64,000 nt of DNA from Lama guanicoe (Eukaryota), in the NCBI GenBank assembly GCA_013239625.1, contig MU054338.1, forward strand, positions 5,246,724 through 5,310,723. Reading direction: 5' to 3'. Of the stretch, positions 52,907 through 64,000 are shown in pieces (position 1 is the stretch's first letter; each line of letters begins with the position of its first letter). Under the pieces are notes generated by a model. That model was not told the DNA's origin, made no database searches, and saw nothing but the letters and a program-made list of their open reading frames with translations. A program made the position numbers and the translations under genes.

Positions 52907-53057
52907 CTGATGGTCCCTGTGGGTGCTGCGCCGTGGCCGGTCACGAGGGGGCTGGCTGTTGATCTTGCATTCATAGCAGGCTTCGGGTGAGAGCAGCTCC
53001 TCCTCATCGGGGGTGTCCTGGGGTCCTGGGCTGAAGCCCAGGCCAGAGACACAGTGC
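52907..53057 (-). CDS. FBN3: FBN3 penultimate exon ([50 protein letters not shown]) with furin site
   Basis: [11 protein letters not shown] fibrillin motif; RPRR at 52928-52939; 151 bp. Confidence 0.95.
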
Positions 53058-53664
53058 CTGGGCCAGGATAGGGGGTGGGCAAGTCTTCAGGGGGCAGGCG
53101 GGTGGAACCTCCCCAGCCATCCGCCCACCCACACACTCCATTTTTGAGCCACACTGCCAGGGGTGAGGCAAATGTGAGTGTACAAATGTGCCCATGTGGC
53201 TTTTCATGCACCCACACGTGTATATGCAAGGGATGTGTGCACCCCTTGGCTTCCCTGGGTGTAGGTGAAAACCTGCACACACCCAAATGTACCTCAGGGC
53301 GTGTGCATGGTGAGCCTGTGTGCACTCTGGATGCTGACATGCGCTTGCACACAGGTGTGCGCTGGTATATATGAATGCACGAGGGTGCCCGGGCATGCTG
53401 GCACTGGTATGAGCCATGTACGCACTTGCGTGCATTACAGGGCAGCGGGTATCGAGCATTGTGCCTGTGAAGGCATACAGGACAATGACAGCACGGTGGG
53501 TGTGAGCTTGTGCGTGCACACGTACAGGTGCCAGAGGGCCCCTGCGCCCATTTCTCCGTGCACCTGTATGTACACGTGTGCGTGCACGGGCTGGTGCATG
53601 CACACGCGTGTGTGCACACTGCCAGGGTTTGGCAGTCTGTGTCCACCTTGCTCAAGCCCCTCAC

Positions 53665-53899
53665 CCTTGCCCAGCCCGGAAGTAGCCTCGGGGGCAGCCG
53701 CACAGGAAGCCACCGGGGGTGTTGGCGCAGCTGTAGCTACAAGGGCTGCCACGCGCCACACACTCATCCACGTCCTTGCAGCCCCCAAGGGCCTGGTCGA
53801 AGTTGAAGCCTGAGGGGCAGACACAGCGGAAGCCGCCCAGTGTGTTGTGGCAGGAGGCACTGCCGCAAGCTGCTGGCGACAGGACACATTCGTTCTGGT
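53665..53899 (-). CDS. FBN3: FBN3 exon, last two cbEGF domains
   Basis: [26 protein letters not shown]...GYFRAGQG; 235 bp; canonical splice sites. Confidence 0.95.
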
Positions 53900-55265
53900 C
53901 TGTGGAGGGTGGAGGGGGAGAGAGAAAAGGTATGGGGGTGGGGGGGCAGCCTTCCACCCGCAATGCTCCCATCCCCACGAGGCAACTCTGGCTCCTCCTT
54001 CAGAGCCTAGGGTCAAGGTCAAAACCTCCTTCAAGCTCCCTGGGGGCCCTCCGACGAGGTCTGCCACCTCCTCATACAATCCTTCATGCCCATCCCCAAC
54101 CCTGTGGTTCTTCAAAGCATTTCTCAAAAGTTCCCAGGAATCCTAAATTGTGGGACAGTCTGGAATAAGGTTCCTCCCCCATGGCACTGTTGTCATTTGG
54201 GGTCATATCATTCTCAGGCATAGAGGGCCGCCCTGTGCCTATAGGATGCTGAGCAGTATCCCGGGCGTCCACTCACTAGATGCCAGTAGCACCTGGTGCC
54301 TGGTTGTGACAACCATAAATGTCTCAAAGACACTTCAAGAAGGTCCCCAGTTGAGAACCACTGTCCTAATTAATGCGTATCCCTGCCACGAGACTGGACA
54401 ACTGGATGGCAGGGACAGAGTCCGACCTTGGCTCATTTCTGTGTCCACAGGGCCTGGTACAAGGTCCTGGGCAAATCACCGCCGAAGAAATGAATAAGGA
54501 TGCAGAGCAGGAGACATACTGAGATGGTCAGTGAGGTCCCCAGGGAGGTGGGGGGAAATGGAGAAGTTAGCTGAACCCACCAGGAGGGGCAGGCAGAGCA
54601 GCTGGGGAGAAGGCAGTGCCGGAGGCAGCGGGAAGGCGGGGAAAGCTGAGTAACAGAGGCCGTGGGAGGAGAGAGAGCCCAGGAGGAGCAGGAAGTGGTA
54701 CCCGGAGCAGATGAGGTGAAAGCTGAAGGCTGAGGAGAGGTGATGGAGAGGTCGTGGGATAGCAGGTCCTTATAAGGGTAGAGAGTAAAGGCCAGACTGT
54801 AGGGGAGGAAAAAAGAGAAGTGGTGAGGACGAGGCTGACATTAGGAGGCCCTGGAGCAGCAAGGAGAGGTGTGAACTGAGGAAGGTGGAAGACTAGTCCC
54901 CTAAATTGAGGGCCCCTGCAACAGCTATGACAGAGATGTAGCATGTATACCTTAACTCCTCATTGCCACACCCATGGCAGACATCACTAATTGATCCCAG
55001 CACCTTTCCCCAGTGATCGCAGGTACATACCCTCTCAGAATCCTTCTCAGCTGAGCCCTCCAGTCTACTGCTCTCTAAGAAATGGCCAGCACTTTGCCAC
55101 TCTGGCTCTGTAGACCCCCAATGCCCCATCCTCCTCAGCAGTAGGGAACTCACTACCTTCCAGACTAGCCCATCAGACCTTGAGGGAATTGTGCTTATCA
55201 CAGCATCACCCGCTTTGGACAGATTCTGACAAGGAGTCCTGGGCTTCCTCCCAGCCCCCACTCAC

Positions 55266-55385
55266 CCACACACTGGCCCCACTGGGAGTGCGGGGTGAAG
55301 CCCTGGGGGCAGCTGCAGCGGTAGCCCCCCAGCTCGTTCTGACAGCCGTGCTGGCAGCGATGGGGCCCATCACACTCATCTACGT
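55266..55385 (-). CDS. FBN3: FBN3 cbEGF exon ([40 protein letters not shown])
   Basis: 6-Cys cbEGF; 120 bp, phase 1-1. Confidence 0.95.
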
Positions 55386-55472
55386 CTGTGTGAGAGAGAG
55401 GGAGAGAAGGCTTGCCCCGAGGCCCTCAGGACCACCCCCCAGGCCTAGATCTCCCCCAAAGCCCCGCTCTAC

Positions 55473-55601
55473 CTTTGCAGTCACGGCCTGAGCTGTCCAG
55501 GGCGAAGCCTTGAGAACACTCACAACTGAAGCTGCCTGGGGTGTTGTGGCAGCGTCCACGGGTGCCACATGGGTCAGGCTGGGCCGAGCACTCATCATTG
55601 T
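55473..55601 (-). CDS. FBN3: FBN3 cbEGF exon (DNDECSAQPDPCGTRGRCHNTPGSFSCECSQGFALDSSGRDCK)
   Basis: 129 bp, phase 1-1. Confidence 0.95.
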
Positions 55602-56087
55602 CTGCAGAGGACAGAGAATAGGCAGGGCCACCCGGTGGGTAGGGGATTTGTGTTGGGGCACTGTGACGCCAGGCCCACCACCTGCTCAACTGCGTAGTTT
55701 CAGGCAAGTCACTTAACCTCTCTGGACCTCAGTTTCTCTCTGTGAAATGAGATCCTTAATAGATTCCCACCTCACAGAACTACCATGAACATATGAGATC
55801 ATGCACACAGAGGGCTTTGTTTGAATGTCATCTCCGCCACTTCAATGCTGTGTGACATAAGGCAACTGACTTCCCCTCTCTGTGCCTCAGTTTCCTCAGC
55901 TGTACGGTAGAGATGAGAATATCTGCCTCGCTGTGTTTTGTGAGAATTCAGCTAATCACATGAAGCACTGGGATAGTGGTCAGTGTAAAAGATGAACAAA
56001 CCCCCTTTCCTTCTCTGTGGGGAACTGACCTTGGGTAACCAGTGCACTCTCTCCTTGTGGAAACCTGACAATTGTGGGATATTAGGC

Positions 56088-56465
56088 AGGGATATGGACT
56101 GAATGTGTGTGTCCCCCTCTGCCAAATTCCCATGTTGAAGCTCTACGCCCAGTGGGATGCTATTAGGAGGTGGGACCTTTGGCAGGTGATTGGGGTTAGA
56201 TGAGGTCATGAGATTGGGGCCCCTTTGATGGGATTAGTGCCCTTATAAGAAGAGACACCAGAGAGCTTACTCTTGCTCTCCCTTCACCATGTGAAGGCAC
56301 AGTAGGAAGGTGGCCATCTGCAGGACAGGGAGAGAGCACTCACCAGGACCTGACCATACTGCCACCTTGATCTTGGACTTCCAGCCTCCAAATTGTGAGC
56401 AATAAATGTCTGTTTTTCAAGCCACCCAGACTATGATATTTCGTCATGGCAGCCCAAGCTGAGGC
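56088..56465 (+). mobile_element. MLT1A-like solo LTR
   Basis: tatggactgaatgtgtgtgtcccc...ttagtgcccttataagaagagac...gacttccagcctcca. Confidence 0.8.
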
Positions 56466-56902
56466 AGCCTGGATACCAGAAAACATTGCTATGGTGCTCA
56501 CGGCCTGTGATGGTGAACTGCATTGGGACTGGGGGTGTGAAGAATGAACCACATGTTTCAGGGGGAACTGTAGCCTGGGCTTTGTTGAGTATGGGAATTT
56601 TTGACACCAGGCACATCCCTGTGGGAACCTGGGGTCTATTTTGGGTACAAGAGGCATTGAGCCATGGGGCTTCTGAGCCTACAGCTGCACAAACACAAAT
56701 GCCATGTTAAGTGTGCTCACCTTAGGAGGGAGGGAAATTGACTTCACTGTGCAGAAGAGGAAACACATGGTATTTCAAAGCTGGGAACGCATGCTCTTAT
56801 CCCAGCTAGGCACACGACTTGTTCACTGCTTTCAAATCTATGCTCAAATGTCCCTTTTCAATGAGACTTCTCATTATTCTGTTTTAAAACTGCAGCCCTC
56901 CT

Positions 56903-57604
56903 AGCAATTCCAATAAGTTAAATACCAGTCAATTTGGTATTTATCCGCAGAAAATGAAAACACTAACTCAGAAAGGTATCTGCCCCCACTACGTTCGTTC
57001 ACTGCAGCGTTATTCAGAACAGCCAAGATCTGGATGGGTGAATAGATCCAGACAATGTGTTACATATAAACGATGGAATGTTATTCAGCTGTAAGGAAAA
57101 AGGAAATCCTGCCGTTCGGGATAACATGGTTGCACCTTGCAGGTATTTTGCTAAGATGAAATAAGTGAGACAGAGAAAGACAAATGCCGTGTGATCTCAC
57201 TTACAAGTGGAATCTAAAAACAAAACAAAAAAGCCAGACTCATGGATACAGAGGACAGATTGGTTGGTGGTTGTCAGAGAAGGGTTTGTTGTGGGGGGGT
57301 GTGTGAAAGAGGTGAAGGGGGTCAAAAGGTACAAACTTCCAGGTATAAAATAAATAAGTCCTGGGATGCGATGTACAGTATGCCGACTATGGTCAACAAT
57401 ACTGCGTGGTATGTTTGGAAGTCACTAAGAGAGTAGATCTTGAAAGTTTTCATCACAAGATAAAACACTTTGTAACCATGTGATGACAGATGTGAACAAG
57501 ACTTACTGTGGTGATCACTTCATGATGTACACAGATATCGAATCATTATGTTGTGCATCTAAAATTCATAAAACTTTATAGGTCAATTGTATCTCAATTA
57601 AAAA
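56903..57604 (+). mobile_element. 5'-truncated LINE-1 (L1MA/MB-like) with an 18-bp TSD
   Basis: TSD taaaa(c/g)tgcagccctcct at 56885-56902 and 57605-57622. Confidence 0.8.
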
Positions 57605-58519
57605 TAAAAGTGCAGCCCTCCTGATGGCCTTAGTCTGCTTTATTTTTCCTTTCTTTCATGCCTCACATCACCTTCTGACACATCACTGGTCTCAGCTGAG
57701 AAGGATTCTGAGCTGGTGCCTGTGACTGCGGGGAAAAGTTGCTAGGACTGATAATCTGTTGTCGGGTTTGTTTCTAGGCTGATTCCCTGGCAGAGAAGCT
57801 GGGTCACATGGGCAGCAAGTTTGACCCTTGTGTCCAATTGCTGTGCGCTCACGGCCTAGAACAGGGCGAGACAAACTGCTTCTCCAAAGAGCCAGATAGG
57901 AAACATCTTTTTTGACTCTGTTGCAACTACTTGGTTCTGCCATTGTAGTGCCAAAGCAGCCACAATGAATGGTGTGGTTGTGAACCAATAAAACTTGATT
58001 GACAAAAGCAACGGGGGCCGTGCTTGACCTGGGGGGCTGGAGTCAGCTGACCTCTGGTGTAAAGCACTGCCTGGTATACAGTAGGAATTCGGTAGATGTT
58101 GGCTGAGTGGATTAGTGGGAGCTTGAAAGAAGCCCTATGTGGCTGGGCTTCACCCTCGGGGAGGTCTGGTTCTCCTAGGTCATAAGACACTAAGAAGTGA
58201 TGGGTGTGACTTCTGAACCAACTTCTCCTTTGGACTGTGTGAGCCCCTGGGCTTTGGGGAGCACCCCAGGGAGGCCCCATGAGAGACACAACAGGTCAGG
58301 GGCAAGGGTAGAGGGACTCCCAAAGGCAGGCCTCCCAGGTCCCTAGGGTGAGGAAGGAGTCTGAGGTTCCAGATGCCACCAGGACATAAGCAGTGGCAGA
58401 GCACAGTGTTCTGATCACCCCCGGGTCCCCAGTGTCTGGCACACACTGGGTACTTGCTACTTGAACAACCATGTGAAGGCTGGGGCCATGCCCCAGCTGT
58501 GAGGGGCAAGGGGACTCAC

Positions 58520-58636
58520 CGAAGCAGGCCTGGCGGTGCTGTGTGAAGCCAGGGGGACAGCGGCAGGAGAAGGCACCGATGGTGTTGACGCAGAAGAACT
58601 GGCAGTTGTGCTGCCTGGAGGCGCATTCATCCACGT
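58520..58636 (-). CDS. FBN3: FBN3 cbEGF exon ([39 protein letters not shown])
   Basis: 117 bp, phase 1-1. Confidence 0.95.
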
Positions 58637-58799
58637 CTGCAGCACAGACGTCCCCGGGGGCTCAGGGCAGGGCCCAGCTGAGGCTGCAGGCTGCCCAGGG
58701 GATGACCCTGGAGAAGGCACCCGACCCCATGCAGCGGGAGCAGGGGAGATATGGCTGGGGGCACAAGGACAGAGCCCCACAGGGCGTGGGGGGGGTTAC

Positions 58800-58922
58800 C
58801 TCTGCAGGTCCTGCCATTCTCTGCCAGCAGGTAGCCACGGGGGCAGGCGCACAGGAAGCTGCCCTCAGTGTTTTTGCAGAGGAAGGGACATGGCGTGGGG
58901 GCCAGGCTGCACTCGTCCACAT
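58800..58922 (-). CDS. FBN3: FBN3 cbEGF exon (DVDECSLAPTPCPFLCKNTEGSFLCACPRGYLLAENGRTCR)
   Basis: 123 bp, phase 1-1. Confidence 0.95.
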
Positions 58923-59430
58923 CTAGAGCGGATGCAGCACGCAGGGGGCTCAGACAGACATTCCTGGGGCTCCAGGCTGGGGTCTCCACCCAGGCCTCCT
59001 TCCCAGACACTAGCCAGCAAGGCTCTGTAGACCACCCCAGGAACTGGCACTTTTTCTGGGAAAAGCCAGAGAGGAAATACAACTGGCTTTGCGGACCACA
59101 TGGTGTCCACAGCAACTCTGTTGCTGTAGCAGGGAAGCACCAGAATAAGGAAACAAACGGGCCTGGCTGTGCGCCAATAAAACTTCATTAACAAAAACAA
59201 GTGGCGGGCCGGACTCAGCCCTTGGGCCGGAATTTGCAGGCCCAACTTAGACAGACATCTGCCTCCACAACGTAACTGAAAATCTTAGGAGGCAAGTGGC
59301 CCAAATGGGGTCGCGATGGAGGGACAGATTGGGGATACACAGCTTCTGGTCTTGGTTTTCTCCCAGCAGTGCGGGCGGGGTGCTGCAGGGAGCGCCCAGG
59401 CGGGCTCCGGGGCCGGGGCGGGGGGCTCAC

Positions 59431-59556
59431 CCAGGCAGGCTGTGGCAGTGGCGTCAGGCGCGTACCCGGCCCGACAGTGGCAGCGGAAGGAGCCGAGGCT
59501 GTTGATGCACTCGCCGTAGGGGCACAGGTGGTCAAGCACGCGGCACTCGTCCACGT
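59431..59556 (-). CDS. FBN3: FBN3 cbEGF exon (DVDECRVLDHLCPYGECINSLGSFRCHCRAGYAPDATATACL)
   Basis: 126 bp, phase 1-1. Confidence 0.95.
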
Positions 59557-60403
59557 CTGAGGACGGCAGGGCTTGGCTGGGGCTGCCCGCCTCCACAGCC
59601 CACCAGCCCTCTCCCGGGAGGCAAGGCCAGCTTCAATTTCCCCTCCCTGCATCCCAGAGCTGAGGGACCACGGACCCTACACTGGGGCTGTGGGTTGGAC
59701 CTCAGCCAGCAGCACATCCTAACGAAGCTGCTTCTACTGGACACGAGAATGTCTGCAGTGGGGACACACTGACCCCCCCCAAGCCTCACCAGCAGCACCT
59801 CTACGGGGCACCCCCGTATACAGACATGGCACACAAACACGGCACACCAGTCACACACTCAGATGCTCCTACGGAATCACAGGGACACAGGCACACAGAC
59901 TCCCCTGGATGGGACACCCGCACGCACAGATGCACTCACACTTGCTCACACACGTCTGCACCCTTGGAGAGGCTTATCAGAATCCTGACCACTTGGACCA
60001 GCCCACTTCTTCTCACCCACCTTCTGGCGTGGACTCCTCACCCAGCCCCCACCCTCACTAGCACATGCATTCATGTGCACACACTCACACGCTGAAGAGC
60101 TCACACACAGCACACCAGCTCACACACTCAGCAGCACGGATGCATGCTGGTTAACCAGCCTGCACACACAGGGGATGCACAACAGCTCACACCCTCTCGC
60201 GTGCTGGTTAATGAACCCGTGTGCACCAAGAACGGAGAACACACACACACCAGCTCACACTCATCCACTCACTTGCACAGGTGCGGAGCAAGGAACGGGC
60301 TCTGGTTCACACCTGCCAGCAGACACGCACACGCGCTGGCTCACACGCTGTAACCGGGGGAGGAGCCCAGACACGCAGCCGTGAACAGACCCCACCCACC
60401 CAC

Positions 60404-60610
60404 CTCGGCCATCGGCAGTGTAGCCCGAGCCGTGGGGACACAGCTTCCTGTGGGCAGAAGTGCCGGGCAGGGGACAGAGCTCGCAGCGGGGGCCCCAGGT
60501 GCGGCCGCCCCCGCAGCAGCACTCGGCCCTGGTGGCCACCTCAACGCCGCCGGACGGAACCTGGCACACGGCCTGCAGCACCTCGGAGAAGCAGGGTCCC
60601 TGGCGGATGT
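60404..60610 (-). CDS. FBN3: FBN3 last TB (8-Cys) domain exon
   Basis: [17 protein letters not shown]...[21 protein letters not shown]...LCPHGSGY; 207 bp. Confidence 0.95.
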
Positions 60611-61525
60611 CTGGAGAGAACGGGTGCAGATGGTGGGCAGGAGGAAGGGGCCAAACAGGTCCCTCTTCCCCGCGGCATCTGGCGGTGCCGAGTCTACAGA
60701 CAGGCTCCCAGCATCTCTGACACCTGCGCGTGTGCACAGGGTGACATCTTCCAAGCTGTGGTCCCCTAGCACTGTGAAACGCCCTCTCGGGACTGGCGCT
60801 GGGTTGTGGCAGAAACTGCAGCCCCGACAATGGGAGAGGCACCCCAAGGCTGCAGACTAGGGTGGCTTCTTGAGGGCCAAGGGCAGCACCCCTCTGGCTA
60901 CAGAGAGAACAGTGGGGACAGCGGAGGGGGGGGACGTCCAGGGAAGTGGGGAGGACAGGCTGGGGACTGGGTGTGATGTGCGGGGAAAGAGGCCACTGGT
61001 CACTCCGGGAGGCTGGCCTGGGGGTCTGGGTGGGAGGCAGGGTGCTGCTGAGACAGGGCTCGGGTGGCAAAGATACAGAGCTCATCTTGGGGCAAGCTGC
61101 AGCTGCGGGTGACGGAGGGTCCAGGATGCAGCTGAATACACATGCCTGGCCTGATGCTAGGGGTGGAGACTGTGCTCAGAGGGGAGTGTAGAGGGATAGA
61201 AGCAGCAGGACTGTGGGGACAGGGACAGACCTGTCACCAAAACAGAGGGTACTAGTGGGTCGCCTGCCAGGTTTAGCCCCCAGGAGGTGGTGGACCCAGG
61301 CAGGGCCAGTTCCTGGGTGTGATGTGGACAGGGCAGCAAGGAGATGGTCTCTTTGTCCAGGGACTGAAGGGACAAGGGGAGGAGTGGGGGCGTGCAGTGG
61401 ACACGTGTGTCTGGATCAGCTCAGTAACCGCCTCGGGGAGCTCCTGGGTGGCGGGAGGGCCAGGTGGTGGTGCCACCACACGGTGGGTAGCTGTGTGCCC
61501 CGCGCCTGTGCCTGGCCACACTCAC

Positions 61526-61651
61526 CGTGGCACTCCGTGAGGCTGGGGCTGGGCTGGAAGCCCTCGTCACAGTCGCACCGGAAGCTGCCCGCGGTGTTGA
61601 TGCAGCGACCGTTGGCACAGAGGCCGGGCTGTACCCGGCACTCGTCGTCAT
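61526..61651 (-). CDS. FBN3: FBN3 cbEGF exon ([42 protein letters not shown])
   Basis: 126 bp, phase 1-1. Confidence 0.95.
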
Positions 61652-61782
61652 CTGTGGTGGGAGGGATGAGGCTGGCCGGCGGGGAGGCCAGAGTCCCACG
61701 AGCCAGCCTCCACCTCCAGTAGCTTTGAACTCTCCCGTTTACTGGCGGGGTGCGTCCCTGCATCCCTGAAGCCCTCCTGTAC

Positions 61783-61917
61783 CTGTGCAGCCCTCAGCGG
61801 AGCCTGGCTGGGGCCGCAGGCCCGGCGGGCAGACGCATGTGAAGGTGCCGATGAGGTTCTTACACAGCATGCCCCGGACGCGGCAGTCCTGATGGCCGTC
61901 TGCACACTCGTCCACAT
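61783..61917 (-). CDS. FBN3: FBN3 cbEGF exon ([45 protein letters not shown])
   Basis: 135 bp, phase 1-1. Confidence 0.95.
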
Positions 61918-62550
61918 CTGTGGACCACCATGGACAGATGACACACCATGGCCCAGCTCCAAGCTGGGAGGCCCTGGATCCAACCCTCCGTGGCCTCAGT
62001 GGGGCCAGAGTGAGGTCCCTCTGCCAGGTGCCCATTCCTCCCCTACCCACCTGCATCCCCTGCCCACATCAGGGTCTGTGAATCTGTCTGGCCCTCACCA
62101 TGGTCCCTGGAAACTGCCCCTGAAATAGCCCTTAAGGGACCAAGTCCCAGGTCAGGGACTTGACATGGCAGACCTTTGGGACCAGAAAATTCTTGGTGGT
62201 GGGAGGCCGCTCTGTGCGCTGCGGGAGACTGTGCAGCACCCCCGGCCGCTTGACGCCTGCAGCACTGCTCCCCACCACCACCCAACTGTGACAAATAAAC
62301 GTGTCCAGACATTACCACCTGTCCCCCGGGGAGCACAACCGCTGTCCCCACTGTGCTAGCCCACTCAGGGTCTGTCCAGCCACCACTCACAGAACAGCAC
62401 CCACTGCACCCTCGCTTGCTGCAACTCTGCCCTCACTGTTTGCTCATTCCCACCCTTGGAGGCTCAGATCTTATTTCATTTTCTCTTGGGACTGAGGCGT
62501 GGGGAGCCCCAGGGCCCTGTCCATCGCCCACCTGCCTGTGTGGGTCCTAC

Positions 62551-62673
62551 CTCTGCACATGGCCCCATCCTCTCGCAGGGTGTAGCCGGCCGGGCAGGTG
62601 CACACGTAGGAGCCCTCAGTGTTGTGGCAGCGAAAGGCACAGAGCAGGGGGTTCAGGGAGCACTCGTCGATGT
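62551..62673 (-). CDS. FBN3: FBN3 cbEGF exon ([41 protein letters not shown])
   Basis: 123 bp, phase 1-1. Confidence 0.95.
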
Positions 62674-62795
62674 CTGGGGAGGCCACAGGAGGTGCCAGCT
62701 GGATGGGGTCTGCTCGTGGGACCCCTGCTCCCTCTCTCAGGCCGGCCCCCCTCACCCCTGTCACACCGCCCAGGTCTGGGCAGGCGGGATCGTAC

Positions 62796-62915
62796 CCTCG
62801 CAGGTCATCATGGGACCAGGCTCAAAGCCGTCAGCACAGGCACACTCGAAGCCTCCGATGACATTGGTGCAGGTGCCCTCCCCACAGGGGCGCCCGCCGG
62901 AGCACTCGTCTGTGT
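62796..62915 (-). CDS. FBN3: FBN3 cbEGF exon ([40 protein letters not shown])
   Basis: 120 bp, phase 1-1. Confidence 0.95.
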
Positions 62916-63069
62916 CTGGGGTGGGGGTGGGGGGAGGTCAGAGCCCGCAGAGAGCCCCCATCCTTGATAGCATCCTGTCTGCCTCCCGTTGACGGCCACA
63001 GACTGGACAGGGCCAAATCTGGGTCACTTCTAGGGTGGACACAGGGCAGGCATGTGGTATGTGTCCAAG

Positions 63070-63175
63070 AATGAATGAGTGAGTGAATGACTAAATAAAT
63101 GAGTAGGCAAGTGAATGAATGAGTAAATGAATAAGTGAATGAGTGACTGAATGACCAAGTGAGTGAATGAATAAG
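63070..63175. repeat. Degenerate (TGAA/TGAG)n simple repeat
   Basis: Direct observation. Confidence 0.8.
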
Positions 63176-63329
63176 CAAAAGAGAGAACTGGTGAGCGAAT
63201 AAGAAGAGAAGGCCAAGTGGGTGGGGGAGCGGGACGTGGCTGGGGGGCGGGATGCTGCTGTGGGCAGTGTCTGCCCTCCCCAACTCCATCCTTTCCTGGG
63301 AAGCAGGCTGGGGCGGACTGGCCACTCAC

Positions 63330-63455
63330 CCGTGCACCTGAGCCCCGTGAAGTCCAGGCTGTAGCCGAAGGGGCACTCGCAGCGGAAAGAGCCATCAGTG
63401 TTGACGCAAAGGCCATTAGTGCAGACGCCAGGGTTCTCTGCGCACTCATTCACGT
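63330..63455 (-). CDS. FBN3: FBN3 cbEGF exon ([42 protein letters not shown])
   Basis: 126 bp, phase 1-1. Confidence 0.95.
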
Positions 63456-63655
63456 CTGAGGGAGTCACGGGTTGCAGACGTGGTGTGTCTGTCGCGCCCT
63501 GGCCACACTCAGAGGCGTGGGGTCGAGGGCCACCCATGGGTCCAGGAGGGAGTAGCAGACTTGGGAACCCAGGATGGAGCCCAGGCAGGGCTGGGCAGGA
63601 AAGGAGGACGGTGTGGTGGCCCGGGGGGCTCTCAGCTCATGGGCAAGGGGCTCAC

Positions 63656-63721
63656 CTTCCCGAGAGTCATCTGGACCTGGGACCGCCCCGTGGCCAAAGG
63701 GGCACAGCTCCTGAAAGGCAG
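63656..63721 (-). CDS. FBN3: FBN3 short exon, second half of a TB domain (AFQELCPFGHGAVPGPDDSRE)
   Basis: 66 bp; tccag| and GAAG|gtgag. Confidence 0.93.
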
Positions 63722-63875
63722 CTGGACAGCAAGAGGGGAGGGCAGGTGAGGTGCTGGGACCAGGAGCGGCCCCCAGGATGCCCCTGTGTGTAGGGAGGCT
63801 AGAGGAAGAACAGAGGAGTGCAGATGGGGGCAGGCAGGCCGGGTCAGGAGAGACTGGACGGGGGCGGGCTCTCAC

Positions 63876-64000
63876 CACTGCCCTCCTGAGGACACAGCTC
63901 ACAGGGGTCATTCCAGCCCTCGCCAGGCCTCTGGCTGCAACAGCATCGAGTCTTGGTGGTGTTGAAAGCTTTGGGCACCGAGCACTTTCCGGCCTCAAAA
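63876..64000 (-). CDS. FBN3: FBN3 TB-domain first-half exon, truncated by the window edge ([41 protein letters not shown])
   Basis: CCC motif; donor AGTG|gtgag. Confidence 0.93.

Noticed and set aside
52504..53703. 399-aa minus-strand ORF
   Set aside because: Arises from the stop-poor CA/TG tract and crosses FBN3 exons out of frame

Overview
This is mammalian genomic DNA, probably camelid (inferred from three tRNA-derived, Vic-1-like SINEs), covering the conserved ELAVL1-CCL25-FBN3 block. On the minus strand are ELAVL1/HuR exons 1-4, with a CpG-island promoter at ~26.3 kb; the 3' exons lie outside the window to the left. On the plus strand is a complete 6-exon CCL25 (151 aa, TATA at 45688, AATAAA at 49276). 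Also on the minus strand are the last 16 exons of an apparently intact FBN3, with a furin site and a 117-aa C-terminal peptide. The rest is largely L1, L2/MIR, MLT1 and MER repeats. The main unexplained signal is a chain of about 10 exon-like, non-repeat segments on the plus strand between the ELAVL1 promoter and CCL25 (26461-43369). Their splice phases mostly chain together. The chain starts at a Kozak ATG head-to-head with ELAVL1 and ends at an AATAAA, but carries in-frame stops, probable frameshifts and decayed donors. It looks like a decayed gene of roughly 490 codons (candidate unitary pseudogene) whose parent I cannot name. Repeat family names and boundaries were assigned by eye and are approximate.
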